A stretch of 64,000 bases of DNA from the NCBI RefSeq assembly GCF_964355755.1, contig NC_092678.1, forward strand, positions 1,070,422-1,134,421, given 5' to 3'. The notes under the pieces were generated by a model. The model was not told the origin of the DNA, made no database searches, and worked only from the letters and a program-made list of their open reading frames with translations. This DNA is from Antedon mediterranea (taxonomy: Eukaryota > Animalia > Echinodermata). The position numbers and the translations under genes are program-made. Shown one piece after another: positions 38,701 to 49,050 of this stretch; within the stretch, counting starts at the first letter, position 1, and each line of letters begins with the position of its first letter.

Positions 38701-40402
38701 CGTCCCTCCCTATTTATGCAACGTCCCTCCCTATTTATGCAACGCACCTCCCTATTTATGCAACGCACCTCCCTATTTATGCAACGTCCCTCCCTATTTA
38801 TGCAACTTATCAAGGGGACACTTGCCTGTGAAACAAAAAGAAGAAACAATATATGTTTAAGCACTACAGACAACCCCTATTCAGAGGACACTCCTATTAA
38901 GGGGACAATTTTCTGGACCCCTATTCAGAGGACACTCCTATTAAGGGGACAATTTTCTGGACCCCTATTCAGAGGACACTCCTATTAGGGGACAATTTTC
39001 TGAACCCCTATTCAGAGGACACTCCTATTAAAGGGACAATTTGCTGGACCCCTATTCAGAGGACACTCCTATTCAGAGGACACTTTACTGGAACTCTATT
39101 CAGAGGACACTTCTATTTAAGGGGACAATTTTCTGGACCTCTATTCAGAGGACACTCCTATTAAGGGGACAATTTTCTGGACCCCTATTCAGAGGACACT
39201 CCTATTAAGAGGACAATTTTCTGGGTCCTGAAGGTGCTCTTGCTTGTCTTACCATCACGTAAAATCTTTATTTTAATCTTCAGATTGTATTTTCTATTCT
39301 CCAGGTTCTTTATCCACTCAAGTTCAATGTTTGAATCCGATAAGGCTGTTGCGTAGCAAGTATTCACAGATTTAGTACAATCTCCATGTGGAATATTCCC
39401 ATAACAATCAACTAATAAAAACAAAACAAAAAGAAATTAATACATACTGTATCCTGATATCACAACACATTCAATAAAATGAATGAAACCTGCAAAGGAG
39501 TACTAAGATCCATTCAACAAATAATTTAACACTACTCGTTTCAATTTAGTTTTTGTTTATGTCTGACATCTGTCGCAATTAGTTTTACATTCATCTGAAA
39601 TGATGGATGAAACTAAGCCAGGACTGGTTAAAGCACTTTGGTTGGTCCTAACATTGATCAAAGGCTTCCCTCGGCCAATGTCCACTTTGACCAGAGGAAA
39701 GACATGGGCCAATACGTCTGAGGCAGATGCAGGGGCTGCCATTGCTATTGAAAAGAGTAATATTGTTCAATTTTAAAACCATGACAAATGACGCACAATT
39801 CCACAAGCGATTTGACAATGCAATGAAGATGTTAAATAATCCATTTCCTGTGATTGGTCAAATCACCTTGCGTCCAAGCAATATTAAGGTAATTGGTCAG
39901 ATTTCAGCCGTTTGGCAAGACATTCTCTACTTTACTTTATTTCCTTTTTTAGAAACACATGGCATACTTCAAACTTTAATTTATCTATGACAAAGAACAG
40001 GATTTATAACTTACATTCTTTATACTTTGTTGCTGTGCATTCTTCATATTTTGTCTAAAATAAAAAAAAGAAAAATGTCTTTCAAGAAAAAGCGTCATCC
40101 AATATAAACAGTTAAATGGCTTCTTCTAGGATAAGTGCTGGGCAAACAGGCACCAGGCTAGTAGAACTAACAAGTTTATATGGCATGATCTCTACACAGG
40201 AATACAGTGACTACGTCTGGTGTCCAAGAAATTTGGGCCAATTGGATTGGTCAACCGCTCACTCAACTGCCCGTCCGGTAAACTGCCCGCAAAGCCGAAT
40301 AACATCAATTTGTATTTGACAATTCTTTGTGGTGTAATTTGTGAACGATGTCGTCACACCTACACAATTTACACACAAAGGTATTAACAATACATTTGTC
40401 AT
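16902..40402 (-). CDS. IL-17 receptor-like type I membrane protein A: FnIII-like D1/D2, EGF, 2xHYR, TM, SEFIR+SEFEX (IL17RD/Sef-like), ~841 aa, 14 exons
   Basis: Phase-consistent GT-AG exons: 40402-40304 (tentative first exon, weak donor), 40054-40015, 39411-39253, 37088-36961, 35059-34930 (IVFEYDCIYDLTPKRDYYMKAYATPLK..VRVP, like end of IL17R D1), 34329-34294, 34130-33964 (WKAEYVDVTPLYAGFIVQFSVAPPSCKFNKYLLHV, like start of IL17R D2), 33278-33177, 29170-29092, 27932-27816 (EGF), 19173-18928 and 18759-18514 (HYR), 18222-18067 (TM IAILGGVSFGIVLLIVIGCLY-RR), 17722-16902 (SEFIR). Sum 2526 nt, open frame. Confidence 0.82.
18514..19173 (-). CDS. Two tandem 246-nt phase 1-1 HYR domain exons of receptor A
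   Basis: DTVAPIFDSC..VSWIEPTATDNVG..HFPGSNFKVGISLVTYTAVDVNGNKAECSFFVDV is a typical HYR; the two exons are nearly identical, 414 bp apart. Confidence 0.92.
20552..21517 (+). CDS. gag: Gag with CCHC zinc knuckle
   Basis: 321 aa ORF; SLQGQARLW capsid-like motif; CYYCGKPGHIARHC. Confidence 0.95.
   Translation: MVDVVDNEVILNEPVNPHPVPHLRQTDFLPKRYDGSITDHDQCSAHYLSFTDYLEAHTLENPVNNAQLINVISIFKRSLQGQARLWIEGKQFDSLESLKTQFINRFSKNKSIYAHIREYDSITYTTGDNAEKHLTKIKQAADRIGYADQQIKNKFISTLPPKCRAAVAMSTPIDATIENIVNSTQNYLDLSVDDATREVSFNINKETDRPNSLESLQHEINSLKLDMATTKRSLNDDTRRSRSPTRNYIPRRNRSPSPYKPRFQTPPTPRYRQPPPTCYYCGKPGHIARHCRQQNRSYGNYPPPYPYQQSNNYYPSHQQDF
21508..26223 (+). CDS. pol: Pol (protease, RT, RNase H, integrase), probably made by -1 frameshift from gag
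   Basis: LFDSGS protease; DFRYLN, IDLKSAF and HHDD RT motifs; YSDTS..YSVTELE..FVDH..ADFLSR RNase H; H-H-CxxC and D,D,E integrase. The -1 frame is open from the slippery site at 21508 into the 1537 aa ORF. Confidence 0.95.
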   Translation, partial: GFLKRGLDAAYNLAPHTKYDNFKAKYLGNSDNIDLLLNDRNYVKGNLPDGRNVLTLFDSGSTRTIISQSYVNSSLYLSRLKPVKVNTTKFRLGNGDFLYANHLVQFELIIQGHKFKISALIVKNLTGIDLILGTETLSELDGTLNFKENTFRIRPKIFSFRPVHKIFLKPGDTKTVKLKGRVPAFVRNSDVVLHATTHISKLCPSDMLVKLHRGETNIDITNNTNRNVSLNTHQPIASLHLTNLVTVTNDLPIDRIKLTNDNANKYPHLERTDPLLTLTEEEIIRKQVDLTDSVLTHREKEDLYKTLQQNRNAFSLYGELSSCPNFKADIHLSNDEPFFIRPYFATDKDKHVIEAELNKLVKLGILAVGHQSYTSPVLLVSKKNSKDKRVVTDFRYLNSRIKRINHPFPLLAETLKTIGNANAQILSVIDLKSAFHCVPLAEHAQQYTGIASYHGGKHYYYKRLAQGLNVSPGIFQAKIDEILNEIPNSREFCIAHHDDIILFSQDKFAHKQHLVSVLQALQLNGFRICPKKCKLFKNKVQYMGHTILINSSGHACITPLGDRCAAIRNLPVPRTHKETKRFIGAVNYVSHFFPQIQSILRPLHTLASKRRKFCWSTEHQKAFDEIKHLMVKPPTLQMPRKEGRFTLYSDTSRTATGSYLTQTVNGKEHIIGYYSKILPQACQRYSVTELELFGLYINVSAFRHLLKGCEFDAFVDHSAIVQIWNSKDQPCTPRLQKLILRLSGYIFQIGYKKGTELVLADFLSRAPRDDDSEIDQVVPIAFNITETASLNPITNTSTSRPVTRSYAKQMGINIPDLHKPKPKQTPVINQNPVTTNTRPTPQPSTTPQIITRQQTNAHRSPPIITPPIVTPPPIRNVNIRQPPEERLVDKNKQSKDTTHRNVPVELYTSPKPLVPNITEFKSAHIPKQQDLDRLMDVIQRKIIRDYNLPVDVKQLRVEQETSPFFKPVYDYLVHDILPADKKAARAVQNKSEQYILCNGLLFRLFFQDKGGEFVLQLAVPENLAETVISQYHDNLLSSHQGTMRTYLTIRKLFYMPLMFEKVNNYTQACLRCQQFRPKTDKLRPLHDRVPATYRPFHTLSLDFKSMPTSPSGFKHIMVVCDEITRFLICVPLKSIDAETICEALIQKVISIFGPPSRLISDAATFLTGKLLTLLCNTLNIDRKIISVHNHGSLQVERHIRTVSDLLKVNLNQFGTDWVRFVSTTCYAYNSFSSPHLGNHSPYELVFGRQPPSLTSLAFNPISGLSHSYEEYFEHLKKKFQNISQTMLQLQRTQQNVQNSKISQRLEKCPIYSVGQLVYLYKPTSSSLTANSKKIAAEWVGPLVIHEVLDRTHYILATIKGEILRDVFNYNRLKPCFMRTPKERKNFTHLQKLKQLLNEPTDDNNDKIQNTINVVNDETNVEFVDEHDRTPTQLQSDTLTHPTKVEPLNFQPYIDCVENNMGLAAPFQMKEEQIKEQTNLIMTAPNDSIMTLNRGRFKAGHFQVLVSYSKPTSAKRNTDETKHESNDRQFWWNIDRYNDTDKLIKEIINDKQIPISGSPKRFIKRLYNATNY
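27816..27932 (-). CDS. EGF-like domain exon of receptor A
   Basis: DSPCASNPCGSGICNAVNYTQIYNCTCDDNYEKVEGACL, six Cys, 117 nt, phase 1-1, flanked by tag and gtaagt. Confidence 0.88.
28569..28770. repeat. Short tandem repeat of 30-53 bp units (catcaattaaagttcattgattagtc)
   Basis: Five copies by direct reading. Confidence 0.85.
29498..32524 (+). mobile_element. Decayed THAP-domain DNA transposon (P-element/THAP-type), non-autonomous
   Basis: TIRs CTTATATACTAAAGATGTGACACT / AGTGTCCCATCTTTAGTATATAAG with subterminal inverted similarity; spliced THAP remnants ~29700-29785 (AAING..NPELKLYNFPKDKNR, gtaa donor) and 31272-31460 (CAKWAQNTRRADL..LCNIHFEES..VPTIFDVP). TSD not evident. Confidence 0.75.
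30059..30663. mobile_element. piggyBac-like MITE nested in the THAP element
   Basis: TTAA on both sides; imperfect TIRs CACATTGACTGCCA / TGGCAGTGAACGTG; an empty-site-like local duplicate at ~31029-31078. Confidence 0.75.
35143..36837. repeat. Compound (TCA/TCG/CTG/TTG) microsatellite with embedded 16-bp array (catatgtggttgtcat) at 35278-35597
   Basis: Direct reading; fills most of one receptor A intron. Confidence 0.97.
37216..38806. repeat. 21-bp minisatellite (ccctatttatgcaacgtccct)n
   Basis: About 75 copies with patterned variants; source of the CINREGR / MQRPSLF ORFs. Confidence 0.97.
38873..39236. repeat. ~44-bp tandem repeat (acccctattcagaggacactcctattaaggggacaattttctgg)
   Basis: About 8 copies ending ~17 bp from the donor of exon 39411-39253; related single copy near 1370-1440. 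Confidence 0.92.
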
Positions 40403-41199
40403 TTATATCAAAATCTAGAATTTTGCTAAAATACTACAACAAAATTATGAATATCATACAGTTAATAATGGCTGAATGAATGTGCTGTATTTTAAACTGC
40501 AATGTGTTCCTAAGAGTTTTAATCCGTCAAGTTGATATAAAAAACGTACAAAATATTTAAATAAAATAATAAAAATGGGAAGCAGCATTTATTGGAGACT
40601 AGGGAAGGGATCTGTAAAGCAATAAAATGTAATCTTTATTAATTTTTCTATCTTTTAAATGTTTAAATGTCACTTTCAGCAGTTTACCTCGTGTAAAATG
40701 GGGTATTAGAATTAGAAGAAGTCAACTAATAATTGGGTTGTTACAAAACTATTTCAGCTAATTAGCAGTAAAAAATAATTGGAATACAGGCCTCATACAA
40801 AATCAATTCAATTTTAAAAACAAAACTGTTGTACAACGTTTCTAATATAATCAATTCTTCTTTATAAACAAAGCTAAAACAAGAATAATTATAATCTTCT
40901 ATTGGAATGAATGAGAATAGATCGCGTGCATGGCTTTTCTTTAATAGGGATAAAGATGTAGTTACAAATTGATTTATGTTCATTAACAATTAGAGTTTTC
41001 TTTGAAGTTGTCTGAGTTACTAGGAAATACATCATTAATTTGTTTCCCAGCAGCTTACTCTTTAGCATAGTCCTCTTAACCCATACTCTCTCAAATTTTT
41101 AATTGAGAACAATTACAATTGGTTTCAATTTTGTTTTAATTATAGATGTATGTAAAACAAGAAAAAAAAACAGTGGTTAAGCTTGGTTCCCCCTTTAGA

Positions 41200-42230
41200 C
41201 GCAACCCAAGGACGTACGCGGAACACAAAATGTACACGCAACACAATGATGTACGCGCAACATAAGGACGTACGCACAGCACAAGGATATACGCGCAACA
41301 TACTGTACACAGTACAATGATGTATGTACAGCGCAAGGAGGTACGCACAGCACAAGGAAGTACGCACAGTGCAATGATGTATGTACAGCGCAAGGAAGTA
41401 CGCACAGCACAAGGAGGTACGCACAGCACAAGGAAGTACGCACAGCACAAGGAAGTACGCACAGTGCAAAGAAGTATGCACATTGCAATACGCCCAATAC
41501 GCGCAACATACTGTACACAGTACAATGATGTATGTACAGCGCAAGGAAGTACGCACAGCACAAGGAAGTACGCACAGCGCAAAGAAGTATACACATTGCA
41601 AGGAAGTAAGCACAGCACAAGGAAGTACGCACAGTGCAAAGAAGTATGCACATTGCAAGGAAGTACGCACAGCACAAGGAAGTACGCACAGTGCAATGAT
41701 GTATGTACAGCGCAAGGAAGTACGCACAGCACAAGGAAGTACGCACAGTGCAATGATGTATGTACAGCGCAAGGAAGTACGCACAACACAAGGAAGTACG
41801 CACAGCGCAAGGAAGTACGCACAACACAAGGAAGTATGCACATTGCAAGGAAGTATGCACAGCGCAAAGAAGTATGCACATTGCAAGGAAGTACGCACAG
41901 CACAAGGAAGTACGCACAGCGCAAAGAAGTATGCACATTGCAAGGAAGTACGCACAGCACAAGGAAGTACGCACAGTGCAATGATGTATGTACAGCGCAA
42001 GGAAGTACGCACAGCACAAGGAAGTACGCACAGCGCAAGGAAGTACGCACAACACAAGGAAGTATGCACATTGCAAGGAAGTACGCACTGCACAAGGAAG
42101 TACGCAAAGTGCAATGATGTATGTACAGCGCAAGGAAGTACGCATAACACAAGGAAGTATGCACATGCAAGGATGTACACACATTGCAAGGGCGTACGCG
42201 CAGCACAATGATGTACATACAACGCAAGTG
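41200..42230. repeat. ~20-bp minisatellite (acaaggaagtacgcacagc-type)
   Basis: About 50 variant copies; its right end is also seen at 1-56. Confidence 0.95.
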
Positions 42231-42829
42231 CCACATCAAAGGTGTAGATAAATAATTATACTATGGGGCGTGTTGGTCAGACAACCTTTTATACCCGCAT
42301 TACAGTATTAATTATGCCCTTGGTAACAAATTGAATTTATATTTTAAGATCATAAATGTCTGTACATACATAGACAAAACTATGACGATGAAAAAACCAT
42401 GTTAAAATGTTCAACATGGTTGAGTTTTTATGATGGCTGTGGTTTTCTTCAGACGGTAATGAAAAATTACGCATTCTCATAAACTAGTTTTTTATTGTTT
42501 TTATATTCACCATACTGTAAATTTACAATGACTGAACAATCTGCTGTCCAGGTAAGGACAGTCCTTAATCAAATTTCAAGGGAAAAAAACCCAATAAAAA
42601 TGCTTATAAAAACAAACACATTTTCACTTCCAATTTCAAATCTCTAATTACTGCACTTTGCGCCTTTCTTTGAAATAACTGCTGCTATGCTAAGTTTAAG
42701 GTCACTTTCAGGTCAACTGCCATTTCAAGCTTCAATTTTTCAAGTACTTATAATCATTCAACTAAAGCCTACCCTATAGCCAGGATTTTTATAGAAGGGC
42801 TTTTTTTCTTTTAAATAAAAAAATTGGTA

Positions 42830-43722
42830 AAAAATCATTGTATCACCCTTCTCCTATTTACCATCATTGCCTCTGATAGGGGTTCGAATCATTGAATTAC
42901 CCCCTTCCCAGCTGGCTACAGGCCTATTTACTATCAATGCCTCTGGATAGGGGTTGAATCATTGTATCACCCCCCTTCCCTGGCTACTGACTTAGCAACT
43001 TTGTCTGCAAAAAATTGGTAAAAAATCGTTATCAGCCGACTAGATAGATGTAGGCCTATTTACCATCACTGCTGCTGATAATAGGGGTTTGAATTATTGA
43101 ATCACCCCCTTCCCTGGCTACAGGCCCATTTACCATCACTGCTGATGGGGTTTGAATTATTGAATCACCCCCTTCCCTGGCTACAGGCCCATTTACCATC
43201 ACTGCTGATGATAGGGGTTGGAATCATTGTATCATCCCCTTTCCTGGCTACAGGCCCATTTACCATCACTGCTGATGATAGGGGTTGGAATCATTGTATC
43301 ACCCCCTTCCCTGGCTACAGGCCCATTTACCATCACTGCTGATGATAGAGGTTGGAATCATTGTATCACCCCCTTCCCTGGCTACAGGCTAATTTACCAT
43401 CACTGCTGATGATAGGGGTTGGAATCATTGTATCACGCCCTTCCCTGGCTACAGGCCCATTTACCATCACTGCTGATGACAGGGGTTGGAATCATTGTAT
43501 CACCCCCTTCCCTGGCTACAGACCCATTTACCATCACTGCTGATGATAGGGGTTGGAATCATTGTATCACCCCCTTCCCTGGCTACAGGCCCATTTACCA
43601 TCACTGCTGATGATAGGGGTTGGAATCATTGTATCACCCCCTTCCCTGGCTACAGGCCCATTTACCATCACTACTGATGATAGGGGTTGGAATCATTGTA
43701 TCACCCCCTTCCCTGGCTACAG
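42830..43722. repeat. 67-bp tandem repeat expanded only in the right duplicate
   Basis: gggttggaatcattgtatcacccccttccctggctacaggcccatttaccatcactgctgatgata, roughly 12 copies; one partial unit at 885-935. Confidence 0.93.
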
Positions 43723-44979
43723 ACTTAGCAACTTTGTCTGCAAAAATAATCTTTTACACACTTACAAGAAATATTGTAATAAATACAGCGTTTGAATAAT
43801 AAAAAAGTATTAATGTTGAAATTCATCATTTTGCAGTTTTTTGAATTTTGAAACAAGTTCAATATTGATGTTACACAAATGATGATGATACTATGTTGTA
43901 ATCTAATGAGTGCTTAAGGCACCCATCTTGTGACTTAGCCACATGATATTTTAGGTCTATATTTAACCACCATGCTAAATTAATTAGCAAAAATCCAAAC
44001 TGTAGTAAACAAACTGAACCCTAAAAAATTAACCATGCATTGCCAGGACGGTTTCATATTCTTTTCAATGTATGGTACCCGTACCCTACCTAATGGGAAA
44101 CCATTATTGTTAATATAAAAGGAAAATAACGAATTACACATTCTTGGCATTTTTAAAAATATTTATAGTCATAAAACTCTTTAAAAATGGCCATAATTAG
44201 AAAATTTAGATCTTTTATTAATAATATAGCATTGCATCCTGTTCTTGAACAACGTTGAAAAGTTTAAAGTATAACTTGCTGCCAACAACCTGTTGTGCAA
44301 CACTTAATACACCAACGATTACATTATTCAAGCACAATAACACCTTTACAATCTTTTCATAATAAACCTCAAAAGACAAAATCTGGTTATCATATCTTAA
44401 GCCTACAAAACTTGTACAAAATGTAGTGTTCTTTTGTTTTGTGATGATTTGATCCTGAAACATCCTGCTAAAAGGATTGCATGCATTCAACATAAAAGGT
44501 TTAAAATATTTGCAACCTAATAACCTGTTGTATTCCAACAATGCATTGTATATTCTCAATAATTATCAAGGTCTTCTTGCTAACCTAGCTACTCTATTTT
44601 ACTCGAAAATATTTTTGACAATGAAAACAAATTTTAAAAATGAAAAACTTTATGAAACACTTTAGACATTTTTGATTTAAGCCTAGTAAATGTTAACAAG
44701 CACAGTAATATCTATACCACAATCTTCATTCATTTTTTTTATTAAACAACAAAGAAATGAATTAAATCCACACAGACCTTAAAACGAAATGAGACAATAA
44801 GTGATTGAATTTAGAAGTACATTATGTGAATATTTTTAACAGCTGTAATGTTTAAATAATTCTGATTACATTACTTTAAGTATGTCATCTATTTATAGAC
44901 TTAATGTTTTAACATAAGCATGATTAAGGAGAGTTCACATTGCAAAATCTTGAATATTCCAACAAAAAAATTCTGGAAA

Positions 44980-45395
44980 AGGGTGTTCTAAAAATAATAA
45001 TTAGGGTGGATTCTAAAAATAATAAAAAGGGTGGATTCTAAAAATAATAAAAAGGGTGGATTCTAAAAATAATAAAAAGGGTGGATTCTAAAAATAATAA
45101 AAAGGGTGGATTCTAAAAATAATAAAAAGGGTGGATTCTAAAAATAATAAAAAGGGTGGATTCTAAAAATAATAAAAAGGGTGGATTCTAAAAATAATAA
45201 AAAGGGTGGATTCTAAAAATAATAAAAAGGGTGGATTCTAAAAATAATAAAAAGGGTGGATTCTAAAAATAATAAAAAGGGTGGATTCTAAAAATAATAA
45301 AAAGGGTGGATTCTAAAAATAATAAAAAGGGTGGATTCTAAAAATAATAAAAAGGGTGGATTCTAAAAATAATAAAAAAGGTGGATTCTAAAAAT
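44980..45395. repeat. 25-bp minisatellite, paralog of 3090-3505
   Basis: Same unit and similar copy number. Confidence 0.97.
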
Positions 45396-45910
45396 ATTAA
45401 TATTGTAAATTTTACTTTCTTTACCTACATAGGCTATATTTATTTATGTAAGATATGACCAAAGAAAATTATTGGTAAGTGACATCATACAGAACTAAAT
45501 GTACTCATCATCCCAATTATTGTGGGTTTGCAGAAACCATCGATACCATCTCCCGTAGTAATTATTATAATATATACCAAAGATTCTTCAGTTTTGGATA
45601 GATCAGATGTATAATTGTCAAAAAAAAACTTTTTGCTTTAAAGGTTAGGTGACTACTTAATGCCAGGAATCACTACCTAGTATTCATAACTCAAGACAAA
45701 GCCACTGTTATCATAGTGTATCTGCTGTTTTCCACTTCCTTTCTAACCCCACTTGCTTACTTTGATACAATCTACTCATTTATCTCACTGTTAGTATTAC
45801 ATGATGTAATATCATAATGGGGTAATGTACACAAACAAAACTAGGAACTTGTTCTTAACTTGGCAAGTAATGAAGAACAAAAAATATACAATAGCCATTG
45901 AATTAACAAA

Positions 45911-46101
45911 TCATGATGATGATGAGGATGATGATGATGATGATAATGATGATGATGATGATGATAATGATGATCAAGATGATGATGATGATGATGAGGA
46001 TAATGATGATGATGATGATCATGATGATAATGATGATGATCATGATGATAATGATGATGATCATGATGATAATCATGATGATAATGATGATGATGATGAT
46101 G

Positions 46102-46145
<44 letters not shown>

Positions 46146-46244
46146 CATGAATCATGATGATGATGAGGATGATGATGATGATGATGATGATGATCATGAT
46201 GATCATGAATCATGATGATGATGAGGATGATGATGATGATGATA

Positions 46245-46276
<32 letters not shown>

Positions 46277-46677
46277 CAAGATGATGATAATGATGAGGAT
46301 AATGAGGATGATGATGATAATGATGATGATCATGATGATAATGATGATGATGATGAGGATGATGATGATGAGGATGATCATGATGATCATGATGATGAGG
46401 ATGATGATCATATACGATGATGATCATGATGAGGATGATGATGATAATGATGATGATGATGATAATGATGATGATCATGATGATAATGATGATGATCATG
46501 GTGATAATGATGATGATGAGGATGATGATCATGATCATCATCATGATGAGGATGAGGATGATGATGATGATGATGACGATGATCATGATCATGATGATCA
46601 TGATGATGATGAGGATGATGAGGATGATGATGATCATGATGATCATGATGATGAGGATGATGATCATATACGATGAT
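45911..46677. repeat. Compound (GAT)n microsatellite, paralog
   Basis: Same flanks, different internal arrangement. Confidence 0.97.
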
Positions 46678-48180
46678 TAAACAACCCAACAAACTAAATA
46701 CCCATGGAACATAACAGGCCATGTGAATTCAATTCAAGTTGTAAATTCCTAAAATGAATTAAGTTTGTTTGTTAATTACTCATAATCCTTCTCCCATCGC
46801 TTGTTACCATAGAGACTCCTAAGTCGCAAACAACAAGTAATAAATGATTTGACTTTGATATTGGACACTTGATCTATCATACTCACTCTCACACTGTTTA
46901 AATGAAGAATTAATTATAAGAACCAAAGGAAATGAAAAGTCTGTGGCCGTCGATGGAATATTTATAGAGTCACGTTAAGATAATTTACAACATGATGGTG
47001 ATGTGATTCTTAGAATAGAGTAGACACAATGATATATCACACATAGGCTAGTTAATACACAAGTAAAGACAGCAGATCAATACAGATAATAGTCATTAAA
47101 AATGCTTAAATCTATCTATTTTTAACATGTTTATTCAGCTATCTGATAGCTTCCTGCCCTAATGACCATATTCTGAACAAAGATTTGATATCTTTGTTGT
47201 TATACTGTATATTATATGCTATTAAGCTCAACAAAAATTGTTGGTTTTTGTTGTTCGCTTTGCAATAATAGGCTATTAGCGCTTTGAATGGTAAAGAATG
47301 CCGTATGAAAACAAATTTATGTTGCCAATAACAATTTGTAACATTCTAGTGACAAGCTTACTCTTATCAAAATCTAAAGCTTTACTGAATTCCAGTTAGT
47401 TTTAAAAAAGACCATTTCAACCGTTATTACAGGGAACATGGTGCTGCAAAAAATGTAGTAACTGTATATAGCTCAAACTTTATGTGATAAAAAAAATATG
47501 ATGTGCCCATATGGACATAATGATGTCATATCACCATTTGGGAATATCACTACCATATTTGGGGCCACCACACTTTATTTGTCAAACTAGTTTGATAGTG
47601 TAGACAGAGCTTCATTCATTTATATCCTCAATTCAACTTGAAATGAAATGAAAATGTTTACTTATTGCCATCACCCCTTTAGCTGCCCACATCACTGTAA
47701 GCAAAGTTTATTTAAGAAACCAGGACGTAGTAACAAGCTATAAGTACTTTAACATCATCTTCAGATATTTTAATGTTTTTGTTTATAAACTCTTCAGGTT
47801 TAAGTGATAAGTGTAATTGCAAATGTTCCGGATATGTCTGTCTAATTAGTTCAAATATTTAATTTTATTTTATTATCATTGAAATTTATTTAAACTACAC
47901 ATACCCATAGGCTATGTAGGCCTGTAGTTACACAAAAAAATGTTAATTAATTCTTTGAGAATTGTGACATTGCATTGCATATTGGTGGTAGAACTACTAT
48001 TACTAAAAGATTGTTATACAAATAAAACTAAAAACACACAAGATACCCATGATTGTCTACTTACACAAATAGCCATTTTGGCCTAGCCCTAGGCCTATAT
48101 TAAAATAAAATAAATAAAAGAAAATATTATTATTAGGCATTAGGCCTAGGCTATAATAATTAATATAGGTCTAATTATAA

Positions 48181-48357
48181 CAGCGGAAAATTTAATTTTT
48201 AAATTTTGTTTAGCAATATATTGCTAATAAAACTGATTTTTTAGTCGAGAAACATAGTTTTGTATTGTATTTTTTGCTACACAAATTTAAAAATCTGTAG
48301 CAAAAAGGTTGTTGTGTATAGCTTTTTGCTATGCTACACTGGCGAAATTATTCCCTG
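48181..48357. mobile_element. 177-bp MITE present only in the right duplicate
   Basis: CAGCGGAAAATTT..AAATTATTCCCTG; comparison with 6161-6180 gives a 5-bp TSD TATAA. Confidence 0.7.
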
Positions 48358-48859
48358 TATAATATTAATATTTAGGCCTAGCTAGAGAGAGGGCCTCCTA
48401 TTATTAGGCCATGGAGGAATTTAGGCCTAGGCCTAGGCCTAAATATTATTATTATTAATAATAATAAATATAAAAATTAAAATAAAATCAAATTTAAATA
48501 ATCAATCATTAAATTGTTAATAAAATAATCAAGATTTATTGATCTACAGTTAGCTCTCTTTCACGTTTACTAAAAATAGTTTGATAAAGTTAAGCCAAGG
48601 CCTAGGCTAGGCCTAGATGACAGAAATTCAATTGAAGATCTCGACCCTCTCACCCCCATCATCCATGCCGTGTGGTGGTACCACAACATGGCAGGCATGA
48701 TGGATGGATGGGGCTAAAATTAATCGACCAGCCTAACCTTTATGCCTTGGTCCTTGTAATTGTGAAATAACTATATATTCCAAATCATTCGTTTGTTATA
48801 ATCTCAGAAGTACATAACATACAAAAAAACTATTTAAATATTTCAAAAATACCACTCCA

Positions 48860-49050
48860 CTTTAGAGAGAGAGAGAGAGCTGAGAGAGAGGGAAGGCGAG
48901 AGGCAAGTGAGAAAACCGGATGTGAAATTTGGAGCAAAGATACTATAGCGCCACGCGAGGTCGACCATACGCGCACGGTGTCGCGGACAACGAGAGCGTA
49001 GGACAGGACGCGCTGACGCAATACATTTTTAACCAATCACAAGTGACAAT
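48860..49050 (-). promoter_or_regulatory. CpG-rich promoter-like region, candidate promoter of receptor A (paralog at 6625-6775)
   Basis: Local CpG enrichment, CCAAT motif, ETS-like CCGGATGT, GA tract, and a minus-strand AAG/GTTAGG donor near 48735. Assignment to receptor A is inferred from position only. Confidence 0.45.

Noticed and set aside
37149-38988. 574 and 587 aa repeat ORFs, one with a signal-peptide-like start (MSVVLKHILFLLFVSQA) then (CINREGR)n
   Set aside because: A 21-bp intronic minisatellite lacking stops on both strands; no splice or codon-position evidence of coding.
41136-42251. Cys-rich ORFs resembling metallothionein or keratin-associated proteins
   Set aside because: Translation of a ~20-bp satellite, open in several frames.
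42830-43722. CRISPR-like regular array (also the 25-bp and 151-bp arrays)
   Set aside because: Units are head-to-tail with no unique spacers, no cas genes, eukaryotic context.
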